From the IMG/VR virus record IMGVR_UViG_3300032287_003803: a stretch of DNA of 64,000 nucleotides. One strand, 5' to 3'. Source of the DNA: an uncultured virus (IMG/VR IMGVR_UViG_3300032287_003803) (taxonomy: Duplodnaviria; Heunggongvirae; Uroviricota; Caudoviricetes). Position numbers and translations under genes: made by a program. The notes beneath the pieces are model-generated. The model was not told where the DNA came from and did not search any database. It was given only the letters and a program-made list of their open reading frames with translations. This document shows positions 49,283 to 58,276 of the stretch, piece after piece. The first letter of the stretch is position 1, and every line of letters starts with the position of its first letter.

Positions 49283-50151
49283 TTCCTCAATTTCAACATA
49301 AACTATCATCGTCTTTTCTCTTGTGGTTTGATAATTATTTATTAACCAAAGGTCAAGCATACACCAATACAACTGGTCGTTTTTATTATTATCAAGATGA
49401 AAGAATCCCTGACACATACAAAGTTTTTGGTAGCCCTTATAAACAATGGGTTTCCGACTATTCTATTACTGGCGCAACAATTCCTTCTGGAGTTTTTATT
49501 AACGGGTCATTTTCTGGCCGCGCTACTGGTTCAAACAATAGCACAAGCTCAAGAATTCTTGACTTTGACAATGGTCGCGCCTTAATTAGTGGCGCTGCAA
49601 CTGGAGCAGTTGTCACAGGAGCTTTCGCCACTAAAGATTTCAGTGTTTACTATAGCAATGAAACAGAAGAAGACTTGTTGATTGAAAATAAATTCATTGC
49701 GCAAAGTAAAATAGGCACAAATCTAAGCCCCACATACGTTCAACCATACGATCAAGTTGTTCCCGCAATTTATATCTGCAACTCTTCATTCGAGAATAAG
49801 CCTTTTGCATTTGGCGGCATGGATCAAACAACTACCAATTTAAATGCAGTAGTAATCGCCGAAACTCCTTATCAACTTGATGGAGTTTTGTCTATTTTTG
49901 CTGATTCAAGAAATGAGAGTATTGTTGATGTTCCTTTTGATAACTATCCTTTTACTGAATATGGAGATTTAAAAAGTGGATATTATAACTATCAGAATTT
50001 AAAAACCCAATACCAAAACAACAATAAATATTTTATTGAAAGAGTTAAAACTTCCAAAATGAATGATAAACCAAGAAAGTCATTAGTTAATGATTTGTAT
50101 GTTGGATTTATTGATTTTGACGTTTCTATTATGAGGTATCCTAGAATATAG
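49279..50151 (+). CDS. putative tail terminator protein
   Basis: Directly upstream of the tail tube; VPAIYI...PFAFGG...GFIDFDV. Confidence 0.5.
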   Translation: MIPQFQHKLSSSFLLWFDNYLLTKGQAYTNTTGRFYYYQDERIPDTYKVFGSPYKQWVSDYSITGATIPSGVFINGSFSGRATGSNNSTSSRILDFDNGRALISGAATGAVVTGAFATKDFSVYYSNETEEDLLIENKFIAQSKIGTNLSPTYVQPYDQVVPAIYICNSSFENKPFAFGGMDQTTTNLNAVVIAETPYQLDGVLSIFADSRNESIVDVPFDNYPFTEYGDLKSGYYNYQNLKTQYQNNNKYFIERVKTSKMNDKPRKSLVNDLYVGFIDFDVSIMRYPRI

Positions 50152-50197
50152 TTCTCATTCATCTTATTTAAATGTAAATAAAGCAAACTTTCTATTT

Positions 50198-51340
50198 ATG
50201 GCAAGAAATCGCGTAATCTATCAATCTGAAGGGCTGTTTGTAAGCAGCGGACTATCATCTAAAACCTCTGGTGAACACAGGCAATTAAAGCGTGTACAGA
50301 GCGCTAACTATAGCTTTGAAATCACTCGTCAAGACGTAAACCAATTTGGGCAGCTTGCTCGTATTGATGCTCTCGTTCTACAGTCTCCGACTGTTAGCTT
50401 GGACTTCTCATACTACCTCGCTGATGGATTCAATGAATCCGCTCTTGGTTTCTATGTGCAAGGCAGTGGCGCTCCTGCTGGTCCAACTACCTCTGGTAAC
50501 TTTGCCTCTGGTCAGATGATTAGCTCTTCTGGAAGAAACTTCTTTATTGTAACCGACTCAGAAAGCATTGACCTTAACAACAATACTGGCACTACTGCTT
50601 ATAGTGGTAAAGGCGTTATTGGTATTGGCAACGGCTTCATTACTGACTACACTCTCAATGCTGCTGTTGGTGATCTTCCAACCATTTCTGTATCTGTTGA
50701 AGGTCTTGGTTTCAATGCCTCTAGCTATGTCATTAGCGGTAATGTTACTGGCTTTAATACTCCAGCCATTAATCCTGCTTCTGGAACAAAACTCTACACT
50801 ACAACTGGCGACTATGTTCAACTACCAACACCTACGAGTGGTGACGGCGTAACTGCTCTCCGCCCTGGTGATATTACTCTCAGCTTCGGTGGATTCACTG
50901 GCACTGGTGGTACTCCAACTTCAACAATTGACGGTTCTTCTGACGCTATCAACATCCAAAGCGTTAGCCTTTCTCTTCCAATGAGTCGCACTCCAATTGA
51001 GCGTCTTGGTAGTCGTTTCGCGTTCGCTCGCGTAACTGACTTCCCTATCACCGCTACAATGAGTGTCAACGCTCTTGTAAATGAAGTTCAAGCTCGTAAC
51101 CTTGCTGACATGATTGACGATGGCGCTGAGAGAGACATTACTCTCACGATTAACGCTCCTGGAACTTCTACACCTTCTGTGCGATACACTTTCAGAGGCG
51201 CTCGTCTTGATAGCGAAAGCTACTCTTCTGACATTGGTTCTAATAAGAGTGTTGACCTTAGTTTCTCCACTCAAATTGGTGGCGCTAACGATCAAGTTCG
51301 TGGTATTTACTTCTCTGGCGCTTCTGCTAGAGCGTTCTAA
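50198..51340 (+). CDS. major tail tube protein
   Basis: Beta-rich G/S/T protein with a duplicated tube fold, biased codon usage and a strong downstream terminator. Confidence 0.72.
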   Translation: MARNRVIYQSEGLFVSSGLSSKTSGEHRQLKRVQSANYSFEITRQDVNQFGQLARIDALVLQSPTVSLDFSYYLADGFNESALGFYVQGSGAPAGPTTSGNFASGQMISSSGRNFFIVTDSESIDLNNNTGTTAYSGKGVIGIGNGFITDYTLNAAVGDLPTISVSVEGLGFNASSYVISGNVTGFNTPAINPASGTKLYTTTGDYVQLPTPTSGDGVTALRPGDITLSFGGFTGTGGTPTSTIDGSSDAINIQSVSLSLPMSRTPIERLGSRFAFARVTDFPITATMSVNALVNEVQARNLADMIDDGAERDITLTINAPGTSTPSVRYTFRGARLDSESYSSDIGSNKSVDLSFSTQIGGANDQVRGIYFSGASARAF

Positions 51341-51350
51341 TACATAACGC

Positions 51351-51382
51351 AAAAAACCCCGCTCGAAAGAGCGGGGTTTTTT
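51351..51382. terminator. bidirectional rho-independent terminator
   Basis: AAAAAACCCCGCTC-GAAA-GAGCGGGGTTTTTT between convergent genes. Confidence 0.9.
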
Positions 51383-51398
51383 ATTATCTAAATTTATC

Positions 51399-51896
51399 TT
51401 ACAAGTAACCGCCAGGATAGTAGGAGTATGGAAATCCACTCCCAGACTGATAGCCAGCCTCAATACCGCCAAGTTGACGAGGTTCAGCCTTGTAGCTGTT
51501 ATAAGCATAAACAAGGTCTTTAAGCTTCATTTGAGAGTCTGTAGATAAACCGCGATAAACTTTACTCACTTCATTACGATTAACAAACGTGATTGAATTG
51601 TCGCCGTCAGAAACAGAAAGAATATTATCGCCATTATTGCTAGATGCCAAGATGCCGCGAAGAGCATTTCGAGCTTGGCGTGAATAAAAATTGCTTAAAT
51701 AAAGCTCTTTGAAAATAGACTTCTCTTCTTCTCCCAAGGAGGGATCAGAACCACTAAAATTTGTATAAAGCAAATTATTAAGAAGCCCTAAATTAGTCGA
51801 AAACCAACCGCTGATTTGGGTGAAAGTGGTTGTGCCAGTGTCAGAGCCAAACTCTACAGAAAAAACTTCGTGTGCTAAATCAGAATATACGCTCAT
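51399..51896 (-). CDS. putative head-tail adaptor
   Basis: Helical N-terminal part then SVSDGDNSITF; lies downstream of the capsid gene. Confidence 0.5.
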   Translation of the reverse strand: MSVYSDLAHEVFSVEFGSDTGTTTFTQISGWFSTNLGLLNNLLYTNFSGSDPSLGEEEKSIFKELYLSNFYSRQARNALRGILASSNNGDNILSVSDGDNSITFVNRNEVSKVYRGLSTDSQMKLKDLVYAYNSYKAEPRQLGGIEAGYQSGSGFPYSYYPGGYL

Positions 51897-52261
51897 TAAA
51901 ACTCTCCTAAGATTTTAAGGGTTTTTTGGTGCTGTGGATTGTTTGGATCAAGCTGCACAGACTTGGTTGATAGAGAAAGCATTTTGCCTGTTGCATTAAG
52001 GTTATAGTTGCGACACTGCTTGGCAAGAGCCTTCTTTAGTTGTGGCTTTTGCAAGTAAGGGCTAAGACCAACACGCATAGCTAGAGATTGCATTTCGGCA
52101 TAATTCATTTCAGCCAAGCGGTCTTCAAACACTTGTGGGTCAGTGGTCTTAAATGGATTCACTTCTTGCACGCCTAGAATTTTTTCTAGCTTCAAAACCT
52201 TTTCCTTGTATTCTTTGCCGTTAATATGTTCAATGCTATTTAATTCGTTCTGTAGATTCAT
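51896..52261 (-). CDS. hypothetical protein
   Basis: 121-aa ORF with a possible SAP/Rho-N-like helix pair (LAEMNYAEMQSLAMRVGL). Confidence 0.6.
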   Translation of the reverse strand: MNLQNELNSIEHINGKEYKEKVLKLEKILGVQEVNPFKTTDPQVFEDRLAEMNYAEMQSLAMRVGLSPYLQKPQLKKALAKQCRNYNLNATGKMLSLSTKSVQLDPNNPQHQKTLKILGEF

Positions 52262-52295
52262 ATATTATAATACAGTTAAACTTTTAAAAGTAAAC

Positions 52296-52326
52296 AAAAA
52301 AGGGACTGCCCTTTCGAGCAGTCCCT
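52296..52326 (-). terminator. rho-independent terminator after major capsid gene
   Basis: Minus strand AGGGACTGCTC-GAAA-GGGCAGTCCCT-TTTTT. Confidence 0.85.
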
Positions 52327-52341
52327 GATTTAAGCAGTGGA

Positions 52342-53454
52342 TTAGACAATCACACCGAGGAGAGCACGGTTGTCGAGAACCATACGGCCTTCTTCGAGAG
52401 AACCGAAGTAGCCAATCTTGTTCTGACGGATGCTGTATTGGTCGTCAGCGATGAGAGTGAACTCAGAACCGCTTTCGCTGTCGATGGCAGTGGCGCGGAT
52501 GAGAGACTCACGGCCACGGTCAAGACCAACGGCGATTTCTTGAGTAGCTGGATCGAAGGAACCGCCATAAACAGTGTCGAAGATGGTGTTGTACTTTTGA
52601 TTTTCGCCGAACTCATTGATTACCATGAGGGAAACGCCATAGAACTCTGGAAGACCAGCGGAGTTGTATAGAGCCATACGCATTTCATCAGGAGCAGCGA
52701 TACCGTTTGAGCGGTAGTCGGAACTGCCTAGAGCAGCAGCGCCAGCGCCTTTGGTGTTGATGGGGTTATAAGCCATCGCACGGATAGAGTTTTCCAACTC
52801 AGGGCTGATGATGAGATCAGTGATGCCACGGGCATTAGCAGCGCCTTCTGGAGTACCCTTAGAGAAGGAAGTGTTGATGCGGCGAGCACGGGTGATGAGG
52901 TTGTTGAAGTCTTGTAGCAAGAAGCTGCCAGCAGTGGTAGCATCAATGATGTGTGACAAACCGTTAGTGGTAGCATTGGCAAGAGCAGTCATAAGAAGGT
53001 TTGCGCTGGTGCGCTCCTGCTTAAGAAGGATTTCTTGAGCCATGCGAGTGAAGGTTTTGCTAACTACGTCCATGCGGCTCTTGGCTGCATAGCGACGATC
53101 AAAGCTGAGAGCAGAGTCGAGAGTGTAGGTAGCAATCTTCATTTCAGAAACAGTCGGAAGGACTTGGTTCTGTGGAAGACCACCAGCAACGCTTTGGCTG
53201 TAAACAGTGATATAGTCCTCGTCGGAAATATCATAGTAAAGGTCAAGCGGGATGGAAGGATTATCGTCAGCGTTGAACTGAAGCTGAGTAAATAGATTAC
53301 TTAGAGTCGGAGCGTTGTTGATGACTTCGGCGAGAACAGGGCCGATGAACTCGGCAAGAGCTACTTGAGCTTCGTAAGCGACCTGACGGTTGCGTGAAGC
53401 CATAGCCTTGATTAGTTCGATTTGTTCTGGAGTTCTTTTGAGAGAGATTTTCAT
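52342..53454 (-). CDS. major capsid protein
   Basis: 370 aa, after protease and decoration genes, with strong codon bias, an upstream AAGGAGG and its own terminator. Confidence 0.8.
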   Translation of the reverse strand: MKISLKRTPEQIELIKAMASRNRQVAYEAQVALAEFIGPVLAEVINNAPTLSNLFTQLQFNADDNPSIPLDLYYDISDEDYITVYSQSVAGGLPQNQVLPTVSEMKIATYTLDSALSFDRRYAAKSRMDVVSKTFTRMAQEILLKQERTSANLLMTALANATTNGLSHIIDATTAGSFLLQDFNNLITRARRINTSFSKGTPEGAANARGITDLIISPELENSIRAMAYNPINTKGAGAAALGSSDYRSNGIAAPDEMRMALYNSAGLPEFYGVSLMVINEFGENQKYNTIFDTVYGGSFDPATQEIAVGLDRGRESLIRATAIDSESGSEFTLIADDQYSIRQNKIGYFGSLEEGRMVLDNRALLGVIV

Positions 53455-53481
53455 ATTAAATTGTTTCCTCCTTGGTTAAGA

Positions 53482-54099
53482 TTACATGCGAAGACCGATC
53501 ACGGCGAAGTTGCCAGCGAATTGATCTGTGGTGGATTGGGAAGTGCGTGAGCCAGTGCCAAGGACAAGACCAAGCTTGCTAGTGTCGGAGTGGAGACAGC
53601 CAGTGACTTTACCAGCGTTAGCAGAAAGCTTGAAGCCGCTGCCAACAGTGAGAGTGCCATCAATAGCACTAGCGCCAACAGAGAACATACCGCGAGTGGC
53701 AACTGGAACAGCTTGTCCAGGAAGCACGCACATGAGTTCTTCAGCCTTTTGGCGATAGTAAAGAAGCTTTTCACCGTTTTCGTCAGTCTTTGCAGTCTGG
53801 CGAAGAGTGATACCAAGGCAATTAGTGGTGTCGCCAGAGGCGGCAGGAGTAACCTTGATGTTGACGGATGGGTAGCTGTTAGCGCCAACGAACGGATAGT
53901 CGGTTTTGCCGAGGTAGCTGTTGGTAGCGTAGCTTACGGGGTCTAGGTCAAAGTTTCCAGAGGAAACCTTAACAAAAACACCAGCATCACCACTGCCAAC
54001 GCCAGTTACGGATTCGTTGACGGCAGCATCTGCTAGTGCGTACATATTGATGACATCGTTGTCATCATATTGACGGAATGGGAGTAGTCTGATAGCCAT
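53482..54099 (-). CDS. capsid decoration/cement protein
   Basis: Between scaffold and MCP; VLPGQAVPVATRG beta-tulip-like motif. Confidence 0.6.
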   Translation of the reverse strand: MAIRLLPFRQYDDNDVINMYALADAAVNESVTGVGSGDAGVFVKVSSGNFDLDPVSYATNSYLGKTDYPFVGANSYPSVNIKVTPAASGDTTNCLGITLRQTAKTDENGEKLLYYRQKAEELMCVLPGQAVPVATRGMFSVGASAIDGTLTVGSGFKLSANAGKVTGCLHSDTSKLGLVLGTGSRTSQSTTDQFAGNFAVIGLRM

Positions 54100-54113
54100 A
54101 TTGTGTAGTTAAA

Positions 54114-55646
54114 TTATGAAATTAAAATGTTTTCGCGAGAAAATGCAGAGGCAAATTTTTCTTTAAGACTCTTATTTTCTTGGGAAGTTTCTCCGTTGTT
54201 ATTCGGGATGGTTTTTTCAGCAGAAGCCTTGGCTTTTTCAAGTGCTTCTTCTGCGAGTTCAGCTTCGGTCTTTGTGGAAGCAGTGGATTGGTTGAGTTCG
54301 CTTAGGCGCTTTTCAACTTCAGCAGTGATCTTTGCTTCTGTTTCTTCAGCCAAACGACCAAGGTGTTCCTTATTCTTGTGCTTGAGCACAACAGAAAGCT
54401 TATCTTGATAAGATGCGAAAGCTTCGTCAGAGGCTCCAATAGCTTGAAGCTCAGAAGCGATAACTTTACGATCTTCGTCTTCAAGAGAGTAAAGATTGTC
54501 AATTTGCTCCATGCGAGCATTAAAGCGAGCCAAGGCTTTTTCAGCTTCTTGAGCGGCTTCAATTTCTTGGAGCTTGACTTTTGTGTCAGACAAGTCTTTT
54601 TGAAGAGTTTCGACAGAAGCCAAGAGTTCTTTGGCTTTGGTTTCGGAAGCTTCTTTCTCAGTTTTAGCAGAGCGATACTCTTCGTCTTTTTGACGAATTG
54701 CATCAGCAAATGTGCTAGTCATACTGGCGATGGCTTCTTCCGAGATTTTCTTCTCTGTGAGAGAAGCTTTGAGTTCTGAAAGGAATGATTCTAAATCCAT
54801 AGATTTTTTAATGTTTACATCTTTAAGATTAAATTGGGAAATATTTTTTGTATTCATTGCAAATACTTTTTTATCTCGCGGGTCTTTGAATGATACGTTT
54901 TCTTCTGGAGCGATGCCATTATCAAGCAGCAAGCCTTTGACATTAGCGGCTGGATTGGCGGTGAAACCAATGCCAAGAGGATAAACAGAACCCTTTACCA
55001 AGCGATAAATTTTGGAGCCATCTTCCATTTTACCATTGCCACCATAAGCGCGAAGCTTGCCTTTGAGTTCGTCAATATGCTTTGGGTTCGAAATGATTTC
55101 AGCCTCTTTTAAATTTGTACTTCCAACAGCCAAAACATATTCATTAAATCCAAGCTCCCAACTTGCAGAAACTGTATTGAAAAGATTGCTGCTTTCGCTG
55201 GTTGATTTGTAAATCAAATCAGTAAATTTAGGATCAACAAGCTTATAAATTACTGCGCCCAAAGCTAGATTAATTAAGCCATTTGTTTCAATAACTTCCT
55301 GATTATTTAGGGGAACATTTTCGCCCCAAGAATTAAAACCAGCAGAAACAATATGTCCCACAATTTGTTTCTTATTGTGCTCAATGTTTGTTGGTTTGTG
55401 AATGAAGTATGGCGCGATTTGAACGGCAGTTTGAGAGTCAATGCCGTCATCGTTGCGATTGAATTGGTTCACGACAGCAGCGTCAAAAGCCACTCCCATG
55501 AGGTCAATGTTTTTGCCCAAGTCAATACTTTGACTAGGCAACAGACTCTTAAGATTCTCTAGCGAAGCTGTGGAAATAAAAGAGTTTTCGCCAATTTTAC
55601 ACTGGCGAATAGAAACATCAAATTCTGTTTTATATTTAAAATCCAT
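54114..55646 (-). CDS. prohead protease fused to scaffold
   Basis: N-terminal NRNDD, KPTNIEH..IVGHI, SASWE and GIGFTANPA; C-terminal coiled coil. Confidence 0.75.
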   Translation of the reverse strand: MDFKYKTEFDVSIRQCKIGENSFISTASLENLKSLLPSQSIDLGKNIDLMGVAFDAAVVNQFNRNDDGIDSQTAVQIAPYFIHKPTNIEHNKKQIVGHIVSAGFNSWGENVPLNNQEVIETNGLINLALGAVIYKLVDPKFTDLIYKSTSESSNLFNTVSASWELGFNEYVLAVGSTNLKEAEIISNPKHIDELKGKLRAYGGNGKMEDGSKIYRLVKGSVYPLGIGFTANPAANVKGLLLDNGIAPEENVSFKDPRDKKVFAMNTKNISQFNLKDVNIKKSMDLESFLSELKASLTEKKISEEAIASMTSTFADAIRQKDEEYRSAKTEKEASETKAKELLASVETLQKDLSDTKVKLQEIEAAQEAEKALARFNARMEQIDNLYSLEDEDRKVIASELQAIGASDEAFASYQDKLSVVLKHKNKEHLGRLAEETEAKITAEVEKRLSELNQSTASTKTEAELAEEALEKAKASAEKTIPNNNGETSQENKSLKEKFASAFSRENILIS

Positions 55647-55647
55647 A

Positions 55648-56271
55648 TTATAAATCTAAAGTATTTCTCCAAGCTTCTTTGGTTTCTTTTAATTCATCTT
55701 CTCTTGTTTCGTTTTTTTCGTGCAACTCCCATTTGCGAAGCTGCTCTACAGTGAGAATCCTAACAGAATTACTTGAGGTTTTTGGCTTTTCGCGATACTC
55801 CATCTTGTCGCCTTTTTTGGCGGCAGATTTTGACTCTTGCATCTTTTTCTTTTCCAATTCTTTTAAGTATTCTTTGTCATCCTTTAAATCTTTTTTTTCA
55901 AGCTCCAATTCGAACTTGTCTTCTTTAATATCTTTTTTCTCAAGCTCGATTTTTTCTTTAAGAGTTTTGCCCTTCTCTTCATCCTCTTCTTCTTCCTCTT
56001 CGTCCTCCTCTTCTTTTTTGATTTCTTCAAGATCGTCTTCTTTATCTTCGGCCATGATCTTTTCTTTCATTTTATCGAACGAGACAGCACAAGACATAGC
56101 AGCTTCACGATCTGTTTTACCAGAGCTTTCCGACATGCATTTTGCCATGAACTTCTTGTAAGAAGTTTTTTCTTTATCGCTCATCTTTTTTTCCGCAATT
56201 GAGATTTCAATTGTGGAACCATTAATGACAACTGTTTTTTCGAGAGGAATTGGAACTTCGTTAGGACTCAT
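55648..56271 (-). CDS. highly charged (K/E-rich) hypothetical protein in head module
   Basis: 207 aa with a poly-E tract and an FMAKCM...AAMSC motif. Confidence 0.6.
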   Translation of the reverse strand: MSPNEVPIPLEKTVVINGSTIEISIAEKKMSDKEKTSYKKFMAKCMSESSGKTDREAAMSCAVSFDKMKEKIMAEDKEDDLEEIKKEEEDEEEEEEDEEKGKTLKEKIELEKKDIKEDKFELELEKKDLKDDKEYLKELEKKKMQESKSAAKKGDKMEYREKPKTSSNSVRILTVEQLRKWELHEKNETREDELKETKEAWRNTLDL

Positions 56272-58228
56272 TTGTGCGACTATGATGTAGGATGGCTGCT
56301 GAATAAAAATCTAATTTGTGAGATTCGGCGATCTCAGAAACTTCATCGAGAAGCCCTAAAGATTCTATTACATTAAAATCTTTTACACATTCAAGAGCTT
56401 TATTGCTCCAATCATTTTTTTCATGGGAGCAAATAATCTTTTTGCAAAGCTCTTCAATGGCAGAGTTTTGCTGCTTGCTTAATCTCTTAACGCCCAAGTT
56501 TTCTTTGGTTTGAGCTTTTACGTTGTTTTCAAAAGCTTCGATTTCGTAAACAATCTCTTGAATATTTTTGCGCGAGAAATTAGCTTCTGTAATTGCTCCT
56601 TGTGGACGACCAGCAGATTTAGGTGTTTGATTTGTTTCTTGTCCGTTAGCGTCTGCAATAACTGGCACACCGCCAACAAGCGGGTTGTAGAAGCCTTTTT
56701 CACGATCATTAACAAAGCTCTGTTGCGCTGGAGCAATCTCTTCAGCTTGTGGGAATCTACCAGTATTAAACACTGTAAGACCTTGCTGCGGAGTGATGAC
56801 TCCAAGTTCCATGAGTCTAGTGGTAACACGGAGAAGTTGAGTGTTGTCTTTGAAGTCGATTTCTTTGAAGCGAGCTTCTGGGTAAGAGCGAAAGCCAAGA
56901 GCCTTAGAGATTCTTTTGATTTCTGGCTGCAAGAACTCGTTCAAGAAAGCTTGACGGCTCTCTTTGAGACGATCAATAAACATGTCAATTTTTGTGGCAA
57001 TGTTACCATACTTGTCATCGCCAAAGAAAATGTTTTGAAGACCTTGCTCAATGTCTTTATTTAGTGTTTCATATTTGGCTGGTCCAAGAACTTTGTTAAG
57101 GTCTGGAATAACGAAATTAGCCTCTGTTGTATAGTCTGAGATGAGCACTCTTCCGACAGATTCGTTTCGGAAGAGGTCTTGCATGGCTTGGAGATTGTGG
57201 TGGTTGATTCCTCCTTTATCGGGTGGTGCGCCCATTGTGATAAGTAGAATGACATTCTCAACGGTTCTTGTGATTGCTTGGTCCATTTTCTTGAGTTCAA
57301 GCTTGGCATTGATGTCTTGAAGAACAGGAAAACCAAAAGGAATAGAGAAAGGCTCATAGTCTTGTTTTTTATAAAATGCGAAATGTAGTTTTTCTGGATT
57401 GATTTTTATTTTTAAACCGTTCTTGGCGAAGCCGCCTTTTTGAATATTTTTGCGGTCTGCTTCGGGGAAAGAGTTTAGCAACTCAATGTCTTCTTCGGAT
57501 TGTGGATTGCGCAATCTTTCCAAATCATATTCAGATAGAACTTTTTCATAACTTGTTGCGTTAAAAGTTGTCACACGCTTGGCGACAATATCAAAAGGAT
57601 TTAAAAGAATATACTTGAGAGGAATCTGGTTTCTAAGCTCTGCTCCTTCTTCTGCATACATAGTGGAGAGCTTTTTAAAGTCCTCTAAATCAAACTTACC
57701 ATCAACTCTGTAGATGAAGATGTTGCCGCTGCGATAGTATTCGCGGAAAAACTGGTCTTTCAAATCCCATACGCGAATCTTGCGCATCCAGCGATAAAAG
57801 AAGTCTCTTGCCTTGTCTGTGCCGCCTTCAAAAAAGATTTCGCCATTGGAAAATTCCGACATCAAATCAATAGCGTTGCGGAAAATAGGAACATTGGCGT
57901 AGGCTTTTTGACATAGCTCAATTGCCTCGCGAACATAAACACCGTCGTTAGAAAAGCTGTAAGGCAACATGCCAGCACGAATGCTGCTGTAGCGATCAAA
58001 AGTCGGAGCAAGAGCCGCACGATTAACTCTGCTAGAAGTTGCATCTGTTCTGCTTAAACCTTCTCTGGAAGCTTTTGCAAATTGAACCATAGAAGCATCA
58101 GAAGTGTAAAATGGTTCACCAGCCGAAACAGGCTCAGTGTTTGCAGTAATTGTTGATTGAAAGTTCGGAAGAGACTTTTGATTGAACTTTTTCCAATAGT
58201 CAGATTTTTTATTATAAGAGCGCACCAT
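56261..58228 (-). CDS. portal protein
   Basis: 655 aa directly after TerL; IFRNAIDLM and FFREYYRSGNIFIY. Confidence 0.8.
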   Translation of the reverse strand: MVRSYNKKSDYWKKFNQKSLPNFQSTITANTEPVSAGEPFYTSDASMVQFAKASREGLSRTDATSSRVNRAALAPTFDRYSSIRAGMLPYSFSNDGVYVREAIELCQKAYANVPIFRNAIDLMSEFSNGEIFFEGGTDKARDFFYRWMRKIRVWDLKDQFFREYYRSGNIFIYRVDGKFDLEDFKKLSTMYAEEGAELRNQIPLKYILLNPFDIVAKRVTTFNATSYEKVLSEYDLERLRNPQSEEDIELLNSFPEADRKNIQKGGFAKNGLKIKINPEKLHFAFYKKQDYEPFSIPFGFPVLQDINAKLELKKMDQAITRTVENVILLITMGAPPDKGGINHHNLQAMQDLFRNESVGRVLISDYTTEANFVIPDLNKVLGPAKYETLNKDIEQGLQNIFFGDDKYGNIATKIDMFIDRLKESRQAFLNEFLQPEIKRISKALGFRSYPEARFKEIDFKDNTQLLRVTTRLMELGVITPQQGLTVFNTGRFPQAEEIAPAQQSFVNDREKGFYNPLVGGVPVIADANGQETNQTPKSAGRPQGAITEANFSRKNIQEIVYEIEAFENNVKAQTKENLGVKRLSKQQNSAIEELCKKIICSHEKNDWSNKALECVKDFNVIESLGLLDEVSEIAESHKLDFYSAAILHHSRTNES

Positions 58229-58237
58229 TAATTTATA

Positions 58238-58243
58238 TTACAC
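58238..58243 (-). promoter_or_regulatory. GTGTAA putative phage promoter element
   Basis: 9 nt before portal ATG 58228. Confidence 0.6.
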
Positions 58244-58276
58244 GCAAATCTTACAAATCCCACTTTCAAAGTTACT

